From: Cyanobacteria bacterium P01_H01_bin.74 | GTDB lineage: Bacteria > Cyanobacteriota > Vampirovibrionia > Vampirovibrionales > Vampirovibrionaceae | Direction: 5' to 3' | Assembly (NCBI GenBank): GCA_038745945.1 | Contig: JBCDLA010000001.1 | Location: 1,898-65,897 of the forward strand | Length of the DNA stretch: 64,000 bases | In this document: positions 8,315-16,415 of the stretch, one piece after another | How positions within the stretch are numbered: position 1 is the first letter of the stretch | Layout: each line of letters starts with the position of its first letter | Translations under genes and position numbers: made by a program | Notes under the pieces: generated by a model | What the model was told of the DNA's origin: nothing | Database searches by the model: none | The model's input: the letters and a program-made list of their open reading frames with translations, nothing else

Positions 8315-10186
8315 TTACCTTTCATCATTATTAGGGTTGTCTTCATCATTGTCTCCCAGGCCTTCATATTCTGCGAGACCAAATTCATCTAAAAATTCTG
8401 CTCGTGAATATTCATCGTAGCCAAATTTATCAAAGTATCCGCTGTAGATAAAATCGACAATTTCTGACACAGCAATTTGCTGATTTCCCATTTCTGGTCC
8501 GGTATCATCATCATTTTCAGGGTTGTCGTGCCAGTTTCCTCGCCGGTCTAAATATTGAACAATGGGCACTGATCTGCCAATACCTTTACCCAGCTGTTCT
8601 TTGAGGAGGGTAAGGGCAGCTATTAGCTTTTCGTCTTCTTGTGCATTTTCAGTAATGAAACTAGAAACTGAGTCTCCAGTAATTACACCTTTCTTATCGC
8701 CGTCTTTAACAACAATATCAGCCAAGTATGGTGCCAAGGTTTCAAGCCATTCCAAGTAGCGGCCTTTTTCTTCGTCTGTATCATCACTCCAGTCTCTGTG
8801 ATTCTCACCTGCTGAATCCATATCGTCAGGGTTAATTACAAAAGTATCATTACTGCTTGAATAGTAATTGATATTAAAATCATCATAAAAAGGCGGCGGA
8901 GAAGGCGGTGGCGGTTCTGTACCTTGCTCTTCATCACCCGGTGTATCGCCTGTTTCCTCTGTATCCGGCTCATCAGCCCCTGCCGGCGCTTCAGAAGACC
9001 AAGTATCGTAATTCTCTTCAATGTAATCATCAATATTGCCTGTATTCAGTTTTGCTTTCAGAAAATCTTTGGGTATGCCCAACTGTGCTCCGAGCTTGGC
9101 TGCTGTTTCTATACTAATTCTTACTTTACCCTCATGTAATGTATAGTTATCGGTTAACGTTTCAACCAGTGAACTGCCTTCCATTTCAGTCATAAAGTAA
9201 ATCAAGGTATCCAATGCCTGTTTCTTGACAGTGGACAGTGATCCTGTTTTTCCTCGGTAGTCTCTTATTTCATCGATGTCGATATAATCATCACCGTCAT
9301 CACTGTTTTCAATCTGATCCCACATGTTTATAAATTCTTTGACTGTTTTCTTTTTGGCTTCAAAATGCTCGTCTTCCCCACTATCATCTGCCCATTTGTA
9401 AGAATCAACAAACCCGGAATCTCGGATGCCGTATATGGTTACATTATCATCGGTAGTTTCATAGGCAATGCCGTTGTATATATAGTAACGTGGGTTATTA
9501 GAGTTACCCCCTGAACCGCCATCAGCCCCTGTGACCCCAGGGGCCCACTGACTTGCGCCTACACCAGATGCACCAGCAACGGTTCTGCTTATTGGTTTCT
9601 CATACAAGTTAAAATAGTTACCGCCTGTGCTATCAAGTCTGCCAAGTGGTACCATTCCACCGCCAGCTGTTGGACTACGGTAATTGCTTCGGCAGCAGCA
9701 ACACCCACAACCATTGCCATGGGTGAGATGGGTATTCATTTGGTGCTGATGCACCCCATACGAATGTAAAGTGGCGTGTTTTAAACCATTGGTTTGGTTA
9801 TCGGAGTTTGCTACATTTTCTTGATTTAAAAATAGCCTGTTGTTCAGCTGTTCATAAAAGTCAGACTGCTGATTGATGTTATTGGCTGTTAATAAGATAG
9901 GTCCCTGCCAGTTCTGTATGGCAATATAGGCACTATTGTTCTGCTCAGCACCAGGGGGGTACCAAACATTTTCTTGCCCTGGCATGTTGATTGCGTTTGT
10001 ACGGAGGTCAAAAAAGGTAACATTTGAGCCATATTGCTTAAAAAAGTAATCATCGGCTTCCAAATCCAATACCTCTGCAAATGGATTGGCGTGATTCTCG
10101 ATATTTGCTGAAAAATTCTTTGCAAACATGACACATCTCAAACGTTGAGCCCTATCATCCACTGAAACGCTAAAATCTTTGCACAA
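8315..10186 (-). CDS. Large (~600 aa) highly acidic, N/Y/D-rich protein with a GNGCGCCCC cysteine cluster and no signal peptide. Member 1 of a 3-member in-window paralogous family; likely foreign or effector-like.
   Basis: The ORF-track start at 10186 is TTG; the first ATG is at 10129 (MFAKNF...). The N-terminal ~110 aa align with ORF 30015..30584: NPF-x4-DL vs NPY-x4-DL; QYGSNVTFF vs DYGVDNTVPY; NSAYIAIQNWQGP vs NYNAWLSRTNWTTNPG; QSDFYEQLNNRLFL vs NSAIEMVENLGFVL. The C-terminal ~380 aa are D/E-rich. The gene is flanked by a 540-bp AT-rich non-coding stretch. Confidence 0.5.
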   Translation of the reverse strand: MCKDFSVSVDDRAQRLRCVMFAKNFSANIENHANPFAEVLDLEADDYFFKQYGSNVTFFDLRTNAINMPGQENVWYPPGAEQNNSAYIAIQNWQGPILLTANNINQQSDFYEQLNNRLFLNQENVANSDNQTNGLKHATLHSYGVHQHQMNTHLTHGNGCGCCCCRSNYRSPTAGGGMVPLGRLDSTGGNYFNLYEKPISRTVAGASGVGASQWAPGVTGADGGSGGNSNNPRYYIYNGIAYETTDDNVTIYGIRDSGFVDSYKWADDSGEDEHFEAKKKTVKEFINMWDQIENSDDGDDYIDIDEIRDYRGKTGSLSTVKKQALDTLIYFMTEMEGSSLVETLTDNYTLHEGKVRISIETAAKLGAQLGIPKDFLKAKLNTGNIDDYIEENYDTWSSEAPAGADEPDTEETGDTPGDEEQGTEPPPPSPPPFYDDFNINYYSSSNDTFVINPDDMDSAGENHRDWSDDTDEEKGRYLEWLETLAPYLADIVVKDGDKKGVITGDSVSSFITENAQEDEKLIAALTLLKEQLGKGIGRSVPIVQYLDRRGNWHDNPENDDDTGPEMGNQQIAVSEIVDFIYSGYFDKFGYDEYSRAEFLDEFGLAEYEGLGDNDEDNPNNDER

Positions 10187-10683
10187 TTATTTATCAAATA
10201 ATTGACTCATTAAATCATTGTTTTTACTCTATGCATTCAGGTGAACAAGAGACAGAGATTTGACGACGCATCCCCCAAAAAATCTTTTTGAGTTACTTGT
10301 CTAAAAATGTATCCAATTGGAATACATTCCTGTAAAATCAGTTCTGTCTGTTTTTCAGATAGGAATTTTTTCTACTACTTTTACTCAATTGCATAAAAAC
10401 CTGCAAATGTATTTTTGTGCTATGATTCACTTGTAAAAAGATATTGATGCGCAAATAGCTTTAGCGTTATTCTATGAAATTTTAGTGAGTTGAAGTTTTT
10501 TATCAAGTACAAGTAAGGGTTCAACAAGTACTAAATTCGAGTAAAAACTTATAATTTAAACACATATGTCCCGCCCCCCGAACTGTTAAAACACTACTAA
10601 ACTTTATAATACGCTGACTTTAGAATAAAAATGCACTCTAAATTCTTGAATCTTATTGCAAATAATTCTCATTTGGTTTATAA

Positions 10684-10700
10684 TTGAGAATAAATCTCAA
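10684..10700. promoter_or_regulatory. Perfect palindrome TTGAGA-ATAAA-TCTCAA about 30 bp upstream of the 143-aa ORF; candidate operator.
   Basis: Seen in sequence. Confidence 0.3.
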
Positions 10701-10726
10701 TAGAGAGCACTTTTAGGAGTAAAAAA

Positions 10727-11158
10727 ATGATTCTTAAAGAATTAAAATCCCTTCAAACTTTAGCGGATATCAATGACCGACCGCAAAGGCAGGCCGTTTA
10801 TCTTGCAGTCTTGAAAAATTTCAGTCGAGAAGAAACAAGGTTATTTTTTAAATTATATAATGCTGTAGCGCTCAGTTGCTCAGTTACAAATAAGTTTTAT
10901 GAACTTTTTTATCAATTTGATCAAAAGAAACCCATTGCCTTTCTCAGTAAGCATTTTATTGAATTGTTTACAATATGGAAAAATTGTCAATGCAATGGCG
11001 ATTATCAACTTAAGGCACAAGTTGCTTGTTTGTTAGAAGATTTAAATATAGCAGCAATCGCAAATCGTAAAGCTTTATGCCTCCATCATGCAGCATTAAA
11101 AAATCAGGAAATGAAAGAGATAAAATATAAATTGCGTGCTAAAGGTTCAAAAAATTAA
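10727..11158 (+). CDS. Hypothetical 143-aa protein with no recognisable domain.
   Basis: ATG with a strong SD (TAGGAGT at -8). Sits inside an AT-rich islet. Confidence 0.45.
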   Translation: MILKELKSLQTLADINDRPQRQAVYLAVLKNFSREETRLFFKLYNAVALSCSVTNKFYELFYQFDQKKPIAFLSKHFIELFTIWKNCQCNGDYQLKAQVACLLEDLNIAAIANRKALCLHHAALKNQEMKEIKYKLRAKGSKN

Positions 11159-11194
11159 AATAACATCTATCAATAAAGGAAAGAGAAAACGGTT

Positions 11195-11653
11195 ATGAAA
11201 ATCAATGTTCTATACGGCTCTGAAACAGGCAATGCAGAAGATTTGTCGGAGCAAACTTCTGAACGGCTTAAGAAAGAAGGGTTTGAGTCAGAGCATACCA
11301 GTATGGATGATTACAGTGTTGATATGTTAAGTCAGTTTGATGGTATGTTAATTATTATTACCAGTACGTGGGGAGATGGTGAGCCGCCATCCAATGCGAT
11401 GGATTTTCATGGGGCCATGGCCACAAAGCCCAATATTAATCTTGAAAAACTAAGGTTTGCTGTTCTGGGGCTGGGTGATACCAGTTATCCTGAGTTTTGT
11501 AAATGTGCGCAAGATTTTGATGAATGGCTTGAAGAATTAGGTGCAAAAAGAATATTAACCCGTGTTGACTGTGATATTGATTATGAAGAACCCTACGAAA
11601 CATGGCTGAATAATCTTGTTGATGCCATTAAAAAACAGGTTGTTGCTGCTTAA
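11195..11653 (+). CDS. Short-chain flavodoxin, MioC/CysJ-FMN-domain-like.
   Basis: VLYGSETGNAEDLSEQ phosphate-binding loop, ...TSTWGDGEPPSN..., LGLGDTSYPEFC. ~150 aa, the MioC-type architecture. Confidence 0.7.
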   Translation: MKINVLYGSETGNAEDLSEQTSERLKKEGFESEHTSMDDYSVDMLSQFDGMLIIITSTWGDGEPPSNAMDFHGAMATKPNINLEKLRFAVLGLGDTSYPEFCKCAQDFDEWLEELGAKRILTRVDCDIDYEEPYETWLNNLVDAIKKQVVAA

Positions 11654-11953
11654 TCTGACGAATTGGTTGCTTTTTATTGCCAAGAATAGTTTTAAATGCA
11701 ATCTAAACAGTATTGTTTAGATTATGCTTTTTTTATTTTTCATGTCGGCTCTAGGTCGTTTAAGAATATGTTAATAGGTATCTTAAAGCCAATGAGTTGG
11801 GAGTGATTAAACAATTAAGTTTGGTATTGCTAAACAACAGTCTCAAAAAAAAAGCTTGTGCCATTCCAGATCAAAAGCCATAATGTCTCTTTAGCGAGCG
11901 ATGTCGGTTTTTTTACTGGATGCTATAATTTTTATACGTGATATACAGGGATT

Positions 11954-12661
11954 TTAGTTGTTGTGCCGCGCTATTTTTTTAATAGCCAGAGCTGCTCGCT
12001 CACTGATAGCAGGACTTTCACTTTGTTTTGCTTCACGTAAGGCCTGATTGATGCCAGATTCAGACACCCCTATCTCACCGGATGCCCAAATTGCCAGTGC
12101 AATCAAGTCCTCGTTATCTGCTGTCTGAATAATAGTCAGTAAGGGGGGGAGTGCCTCTTTGGCCTTTAACACACCCAGCTGCCACGCGGCAATGCAGCGG
12201 ATGTCCTCTGAATGTGCTGAAGACAACAGCGAAATTAAAGGCGTAATTGCCAATTGACCCAGTTTGCCCAGGGATTCTGCTGCGGCTTGAAAGATGGTGT
12301 TGTCTTCATCATTGAGTGCGGCAATTAAAACTGGGATACTTTTTGCATCCTGTGTGAATCCTAAGCCTTGAATAGCAAAAAGGCGTAAAGCCTTGTCTTC
12401 ACCCTCAAGCAATGACAGCAGTTCATCAAGTCCTGTTTTTCCGCCCACTCTGCCCAGAGCCAAGGCTGCTGCATTTCTTAAGTCCGGCGAATGGCTGTCG
12501 TCATTGAGAATATCAATAAAAGCCGGCAGGCAAAGTCCCGGTTCATATTTTTCAACCATATACAGCAATGCGTTAATTTTACTGTCAGTCGGGTAACTGT
12601 CCTGACGAATAATTGACAGTGCTGTTTCTAAGGGGGAGGGCTCGTTTTCTTGCATCGTCAT
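11954..12661 (-). CDS. HEAT/PBS-lyase-type repeat protein.
   Basis: Tandem ~30-aa repeats with (D/N)xxVRxxAAxALGxIG-like units (LRNAAALALGRVGG, LRLFAIQGLGF, IRCIAAWQLGVL, LIALAIWASGEIG). Confidence 0.65.
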   Translation of the reverse strand: MTMQENEPSPLETALSIIRQDSYPTDSKINALLYMVEKYEPGLCLPAFIDILNDDSHSPDLRNAAALALGRVGGKTGLDELLSLLEGEDKALRLFAIQGLGFTQDAKSIPVLIAALNDEDNTIFQAAAESLGKLGQLAITPLISLLSSAHSEDIRCIAAWQLGVLKAKEALPPLLTIIQTADNEDLIALAIWASGEIGVSESGINQALREAKQSESPAISERAALAIKKIARHNN

Positions 12662-12820
12662 CCTTGAACAGTATCACAAAAGATTGTGGTGTTTTTAAAA
12701 TTAAGCAAGCCATACCAAATAAAAACGATTATAATTTAAAAGAGGGAAAATGCTTGGCCAAAACGATTTTTGTTGAGGGCTTTCATTCAAAATTTATGGG
12801 GTGAAGGCCTGAAGCAAGCA

Positions 12821-12852
12821 ATGTATCAAAAATGTGTCATAAATGTGTCAAA
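12821..12852. promoter_or_regulatory. Three direct copies of AATGTnTCA spaced 11 bp apart (one helical turn) in the divergent promoter between the HEAT-repeat gene and the GHL10 gene.
   Basis: caATGTATCAaaAATGTGTCAtAAATGTGTCAaaaaa, ending ~20 nt upstream of the ATG at 12872. Confidence 0.4.
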
Positions 12853-12871
12853 AAATTAGTTGATCAAATTC

Positions 12872-15800
12872 ATGAAAAACACCCCGATAAAAAGCGTCGT
12901 TTATGTCATTGTTATTGCTTGGGTTATTGTTTTCCAAGCAACCGTTGCAACAAGTCGCAGTGCAGACTTAAACGACATGCCGATTCTCCATATTAATGGG
13001 TCTCAAAACGATAACAACACGCCAGCGGTTCAACGCCTGATTGAAATCTCAAAGCAACAGGGTGATCGGCCCCTGATTGTAAAACCCAGCGATTATCTGC
13101 GCCCATTAAAAGCCGAATGGATTGTACTTCCGGTTCCCCAGAAACTACAGACGCCATACAGCCACACGGCCATTCAGACCAGTATTTTTAATATTGCAAA
13201 CAGCCAAAAAACCCTGATCATGGCCTTGCCAGAAAATCCGGATCAATCCGTAATGAATATGCTGGAGCAATTGGGCATTATTTGTGATGGCACAGAAAAG
13301 ATTAAAGTTACGGGCCTTCAGTGGCTTCAAACCAAGCAAGCAACCCAACAGGAGTCTGAAAAAGAGACAACGGCCCCAGCCTATGAAATATCCCCTGTGA
13401 AAACGCCACTGCAAACTGAGGCTAAAAATAAGATCTCGCTGTTAAAAATTATTCCGTCAGCCCAAGATATTGTTGCTGCAAAGTGGCAAGACCGCCTGCC
13501 GGCTGTTGTCATCCGAAAACAGGCTGGCTTGCGTCTGGTATTATTTAATCTGCCGCTTCAAGCTTTGCACCTGCCTTACGGCAAAGTGTTGCATCAAACA
13601 CTTGCCATGCTTTACCCGGATTTTATGGATGCCCCTGACAGCCCCCCTTCTGCCAGTCAGCACCTGGTCTATCACGAGAATAAATCCGAACCCCTGAAGC
13701 CACTGTCGCTATTGGCCATTCATCCACAACAGACAGCCACCAGTAAAAAAGCGCTTGCGCCAGATAAGACAAATGCGCCAGAAAAAACGCCCTTAATTCC
13801 ACTGGATCAAACAGCAGCAGCGTTCTTGGCCAACAAGCGTCTTTTTTTTGATAACAAGCGTTTTGACAATGCGCATTTTACTGGAAAATTGCCGGTGCTT
13901 AACCCTAAAAACTCTCCACAACAAGGTGCAGCCCAAGCTGAGGCTGGCTTTGTCATAGACGGCCCAGCGCAACAAGCAACAAACGCGGCGAGTAGCAATT
14001 TTACCAGCCGCCTGCTAAAACAATTGGCAGAAACAGTTTACGATCGCAGCAAGCCATTGTCTGAGCCGCCTGAAATCATTTTAAACCTGCATCCCTTGCC
14101 TGAAAAGCAAGCAGCAAAAAACACTGACGCAAGTTCTAAGAAAACAGAGGCAAACGCAGCGCAATCATCGAATCCATCCGATCCGTTGCCGCTAAAAACA
14201 GAAGACAGTGCCATTGACTCGGTATTGGAAACCATTCTTGGGACAGAGAACAACGACAGTAATAAAAAGAACGAAAACAAAGCAATCAGACCTGATCATA
14301 AAAGCCATCACAAGCAAAAAGGCCGTCAAAGAACCCAGAAATACTTTAGCTTTTTGGACCCAGTCTCTGCTTCTCAAGCCCTTCAACCCAATTACGATCG
14401 GGGACTGTACCACAGTTATCTTAACCTCTTGGAGGCAATGATGGACAGGACCCGTCAAAACCTGGCCACCAATGCCCTGCTGGGATTCAATCTGGATAAC
14501 TCAGCCATAAATAGCAACCTTGAAAAAACCGCGCAAGCAAAAAAAGAATTTAAAGCCCACTACAAGCCAGGCCAGACACAAGCAGGTTTAAACCACTTTG
14601 AAGTGGGTTATAAAGCGGCAATGGCTGCACTCAGTGACTCTGAGGTGGTTTCACCTGTGGGCGCCAATGCCATTTGGCTGGACCGGGGCACCATTGTTTC
14701 ATTGGGCAACGCAGACCGGCTGCGCAGTCATATTCAACAATTGCACCAGGCGGGCATTAATCTGATTTATTTTGAGACCATCAATGCCGGTTACCCGATT
14801 TATCCCAGTAAACTGGTTGCGCAAAATCCGTTGATCCAAGGTTGGGACCCGCTGGCAGTTGCCATCGATGAATCCCATCGGCTGGGTATGGAATTGCACG
14901 CCTGGGTGTGGAGTTTTGCAGTCGGCAATACCCGACACAACGCCATTATTGGAAAACCCGCCCACTATCCGGGGCCGGTATTTGACCGTTACCCGGCCTT
15001 ACGGCAAGAAATGCTGGTTAACCGGTACGGCAAACACCGGCCAGCAGGCCAGCACGAGTACTGGCTCAGCCCGGCCAGTGAGAAATCTCGTGCGTTTTTA
15101 AAAAACTACTACAGAGAAATTGTTGAAAATTATGCCGTAGACGGCTTGCACCTGGATTATATTCGTTACCCATTTCAGAAGTACAGCAGCCAGATGGGCT
15201 ACGAACGCGTTGGACAAGAAGCTTATGCATCAGAGACAGGCCGTTTGTCTCATCACTTTCACCAACGCAGCACGCCCCACTGGATCCGGTGGAAATCCAG
15301 GCAAGTCAGTCAATTTGTACAAGACATTGCAACGACAATGCGCGCGATTCAACCCGATTTGATTCTTTCTGCCGCGGTCTTTCCCATGCCGCGTGCTTCT
15401 CGTATAACAGCCATTCAGCAGGATTGGGAAACCTGGCTGGACAATGGCTGGGTCGACATGATTAACCCGATGGTCTATACGCGCAACCCGCAAAAATTCA
15501 AACGGCTGATTGCCCAAATCAAGCAGAGCCCCAAACACGATCCGGTCCTTTACCCAGGCATAGCCATGCACAAAATTGATGCCAATCAGTTGTACCTGGA
15601 ACTCAAGGCCTTGAAAGAAACCGGCCTGGTGGGAAATACACTGTTTGCCAGCGCCTATTTTAATTCCCCCAAGCGTACAGTTTTGTCGTCTGGCCTGGCG
15701 CACTTAAAACACACCAAGACAAAGCCCTACACAGAAAACACAAACTACGCCGGCAACGAAAAAAACCCAAAAGAAATGACCAGCCAGCATTCATCCCCGT

Positions 15801-16384
15801 CCCAAACTGGACTTACCGGAAACCCAGCCCCCGTATCCCCAAAACCTTTTATTGCCTTGCCGCACCGCGACCCCATCAAAAAAGCCCAATTGCTTGCCAC
15901 TTTTTTTAAAACCCACTGGCAAGCGTTTCATAAAAATACACAGCCAGACAGTGGCATTCAATTGGTCAATATTCGTGTTAATCAAGAAACTCAAACAGGC
16001 CAGGCAACTCGCCCCAAATCCCCGGTAAAGCCAGCGGTTGTGTTTACTGATAAAAAGCAGCTCGCATTAACGCAGTCTGGTATTCAGCCTGCGGTCTACA
16101 ACGGTGTGATTGCCGCAGTGCCAGCAAAACAAAACCAAGCAACCCAGGCCGTCAATCAAAAACTGCACGTGTTTCTTGAGGAATTAAACAATCATGCCAG
16201 CCTGTCCGAAACCCAGACAACCCCTGGACCGGCGAAAACTGATACGCTCGAAATGGCGCTCAACGCGCTGCAAGATGCAGTTAAAAACTGGTCGGTGGAA
16301 TTGCCTGAAGCCCATGCCCCTGTGGCTGATTTTTTCAAGCAGACGCTGGCCCAAACCCAGACCGTTCTTATTTTTTGCCGCTAA
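12872..16384 (+). CDS. Large secreted protein (~1170 aa) with a central glycoside-hydrolase-like family 10 domain (GHL10/DUF4015, YngK-like), a K/N/Q-rich low-complexity linker, and unknown N- and C-terminal regions.
   Basis: Signal peptide MKNTPIKSVVYVIVIAWVIVFQATVATS. GHL10-type block ...NLIYFETINAGYPIYPS...GMELHAWVWSF...VDGLHLDYIRYP.... The ORF-track start at 12860 is TTG; the first ATG is at 12872. Confidence 0.7.
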   Translation: MKNTPIKSVVYVIVIAWVIVFQATVATSRSADLNDMPILHINGSQNDNNTPAVQRLIEISKQQGDRPLIVKPSDYLRPLKAEWIVLPVPQKLQTPYSHTAIQTSIFNIANSQKTLIMALPENPDQSVMNMLEQLGIICDGTEKIKVTGLQWLQTKQATQQESEKETTAPAYEISPVKTPLQTEAKNKISLLKIIPSAQDIVAAKWQDRLPAVVIRKQAGLRLVLFNLPLQALHLPYGKVLHQTLAMLYPDFMDAPDSPPSASQHLVYHENKSEPLKPLSLLAIHPQQTATSKKALAPDKTNAPEKTPLIPLDQTAAAFLANKRLFFDNKRFDNAHFTGKLPVLNPKNSPQQGAAQAEAGFVIDGPAQQATNAASSNFTSRLLKQLAETVYDRSKPLSEPPEIILNLHPLPEKQAAKNTDASSKKTEANAAQSSNPSDPLPLKTEDSAIDSVLETILGTENNDSNKKNENKAIRPDHKSHHKQKGRQRTQKYFSFLDPVSASQALQPNYDRGLYHSYLNLLEAMMDRTRQNLATNALLGFNLDNSAINSNLEKTAQAKKEFKAHYKPGQTQAGLNHFEVGYKAAMAALSDSEVVSPVGANAIWLDRGTIVSLGNADRLRSHIQQLHQAGINLIYFETINAGYPIYPSKLVAQNPLIQGWDPLAVAIDESHRLGMELHAWVWSFAVGNTRHNAIIGKPAHYPGPVFDRYPALRQEMLVNRYGKHRPAGQHEYWLSPASEKSRAFLKNYYREIVENYAVDGLHLDYIRYPFQKYSSQMGYERVGQEAYASETGRLSHHFHQRSTPHWIRWKSRQVSQFVQDIATTMRAIQPDLILSAAVFPMPRASRITAIQQDWETWLDNGWVDMINPMVYTRNPQKFKRLIAQIKQSPKHDPVLYPGIAMHKIDANQLYLELKALKETGLVGNTLFASAYFNSPKRTVLSSGLAHLKHTKTKPYTENTNYAGNEKNPKEMTSQHSSPSQTGLTGNPAPVSPKPFIALPHRDPIKKAQLLATFFKTHWQAFHKNTQPDSGIQLVNIRVNQETQTGQATRPKSPVKPAVVFTDKKQLALTQSGIQPAVYNGVIAAVPAKQNQATQAVNQKLHVFLEELNNHASLSETQTTPGPAKTDTLEMALNALQDAVKNWSVELPEAHAPVADFFKQTLAQTQTVLIFCR

Positions 16385-16415
16385 TGCCAAAAACCCCAAC
16401 CGTTATAAAAAATCG

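Noticed and set aside
10187-10726. Possible mobile element (IS/MITE) in the AT-rich tracts flanking the family genes.
   Set aside because: No transposase or integrase ORF, no terminal inverted repeats or target-site duplications detected by eye. The three islets' flanks do not obviously share sequence. Left as 'AT-rich islet' only.
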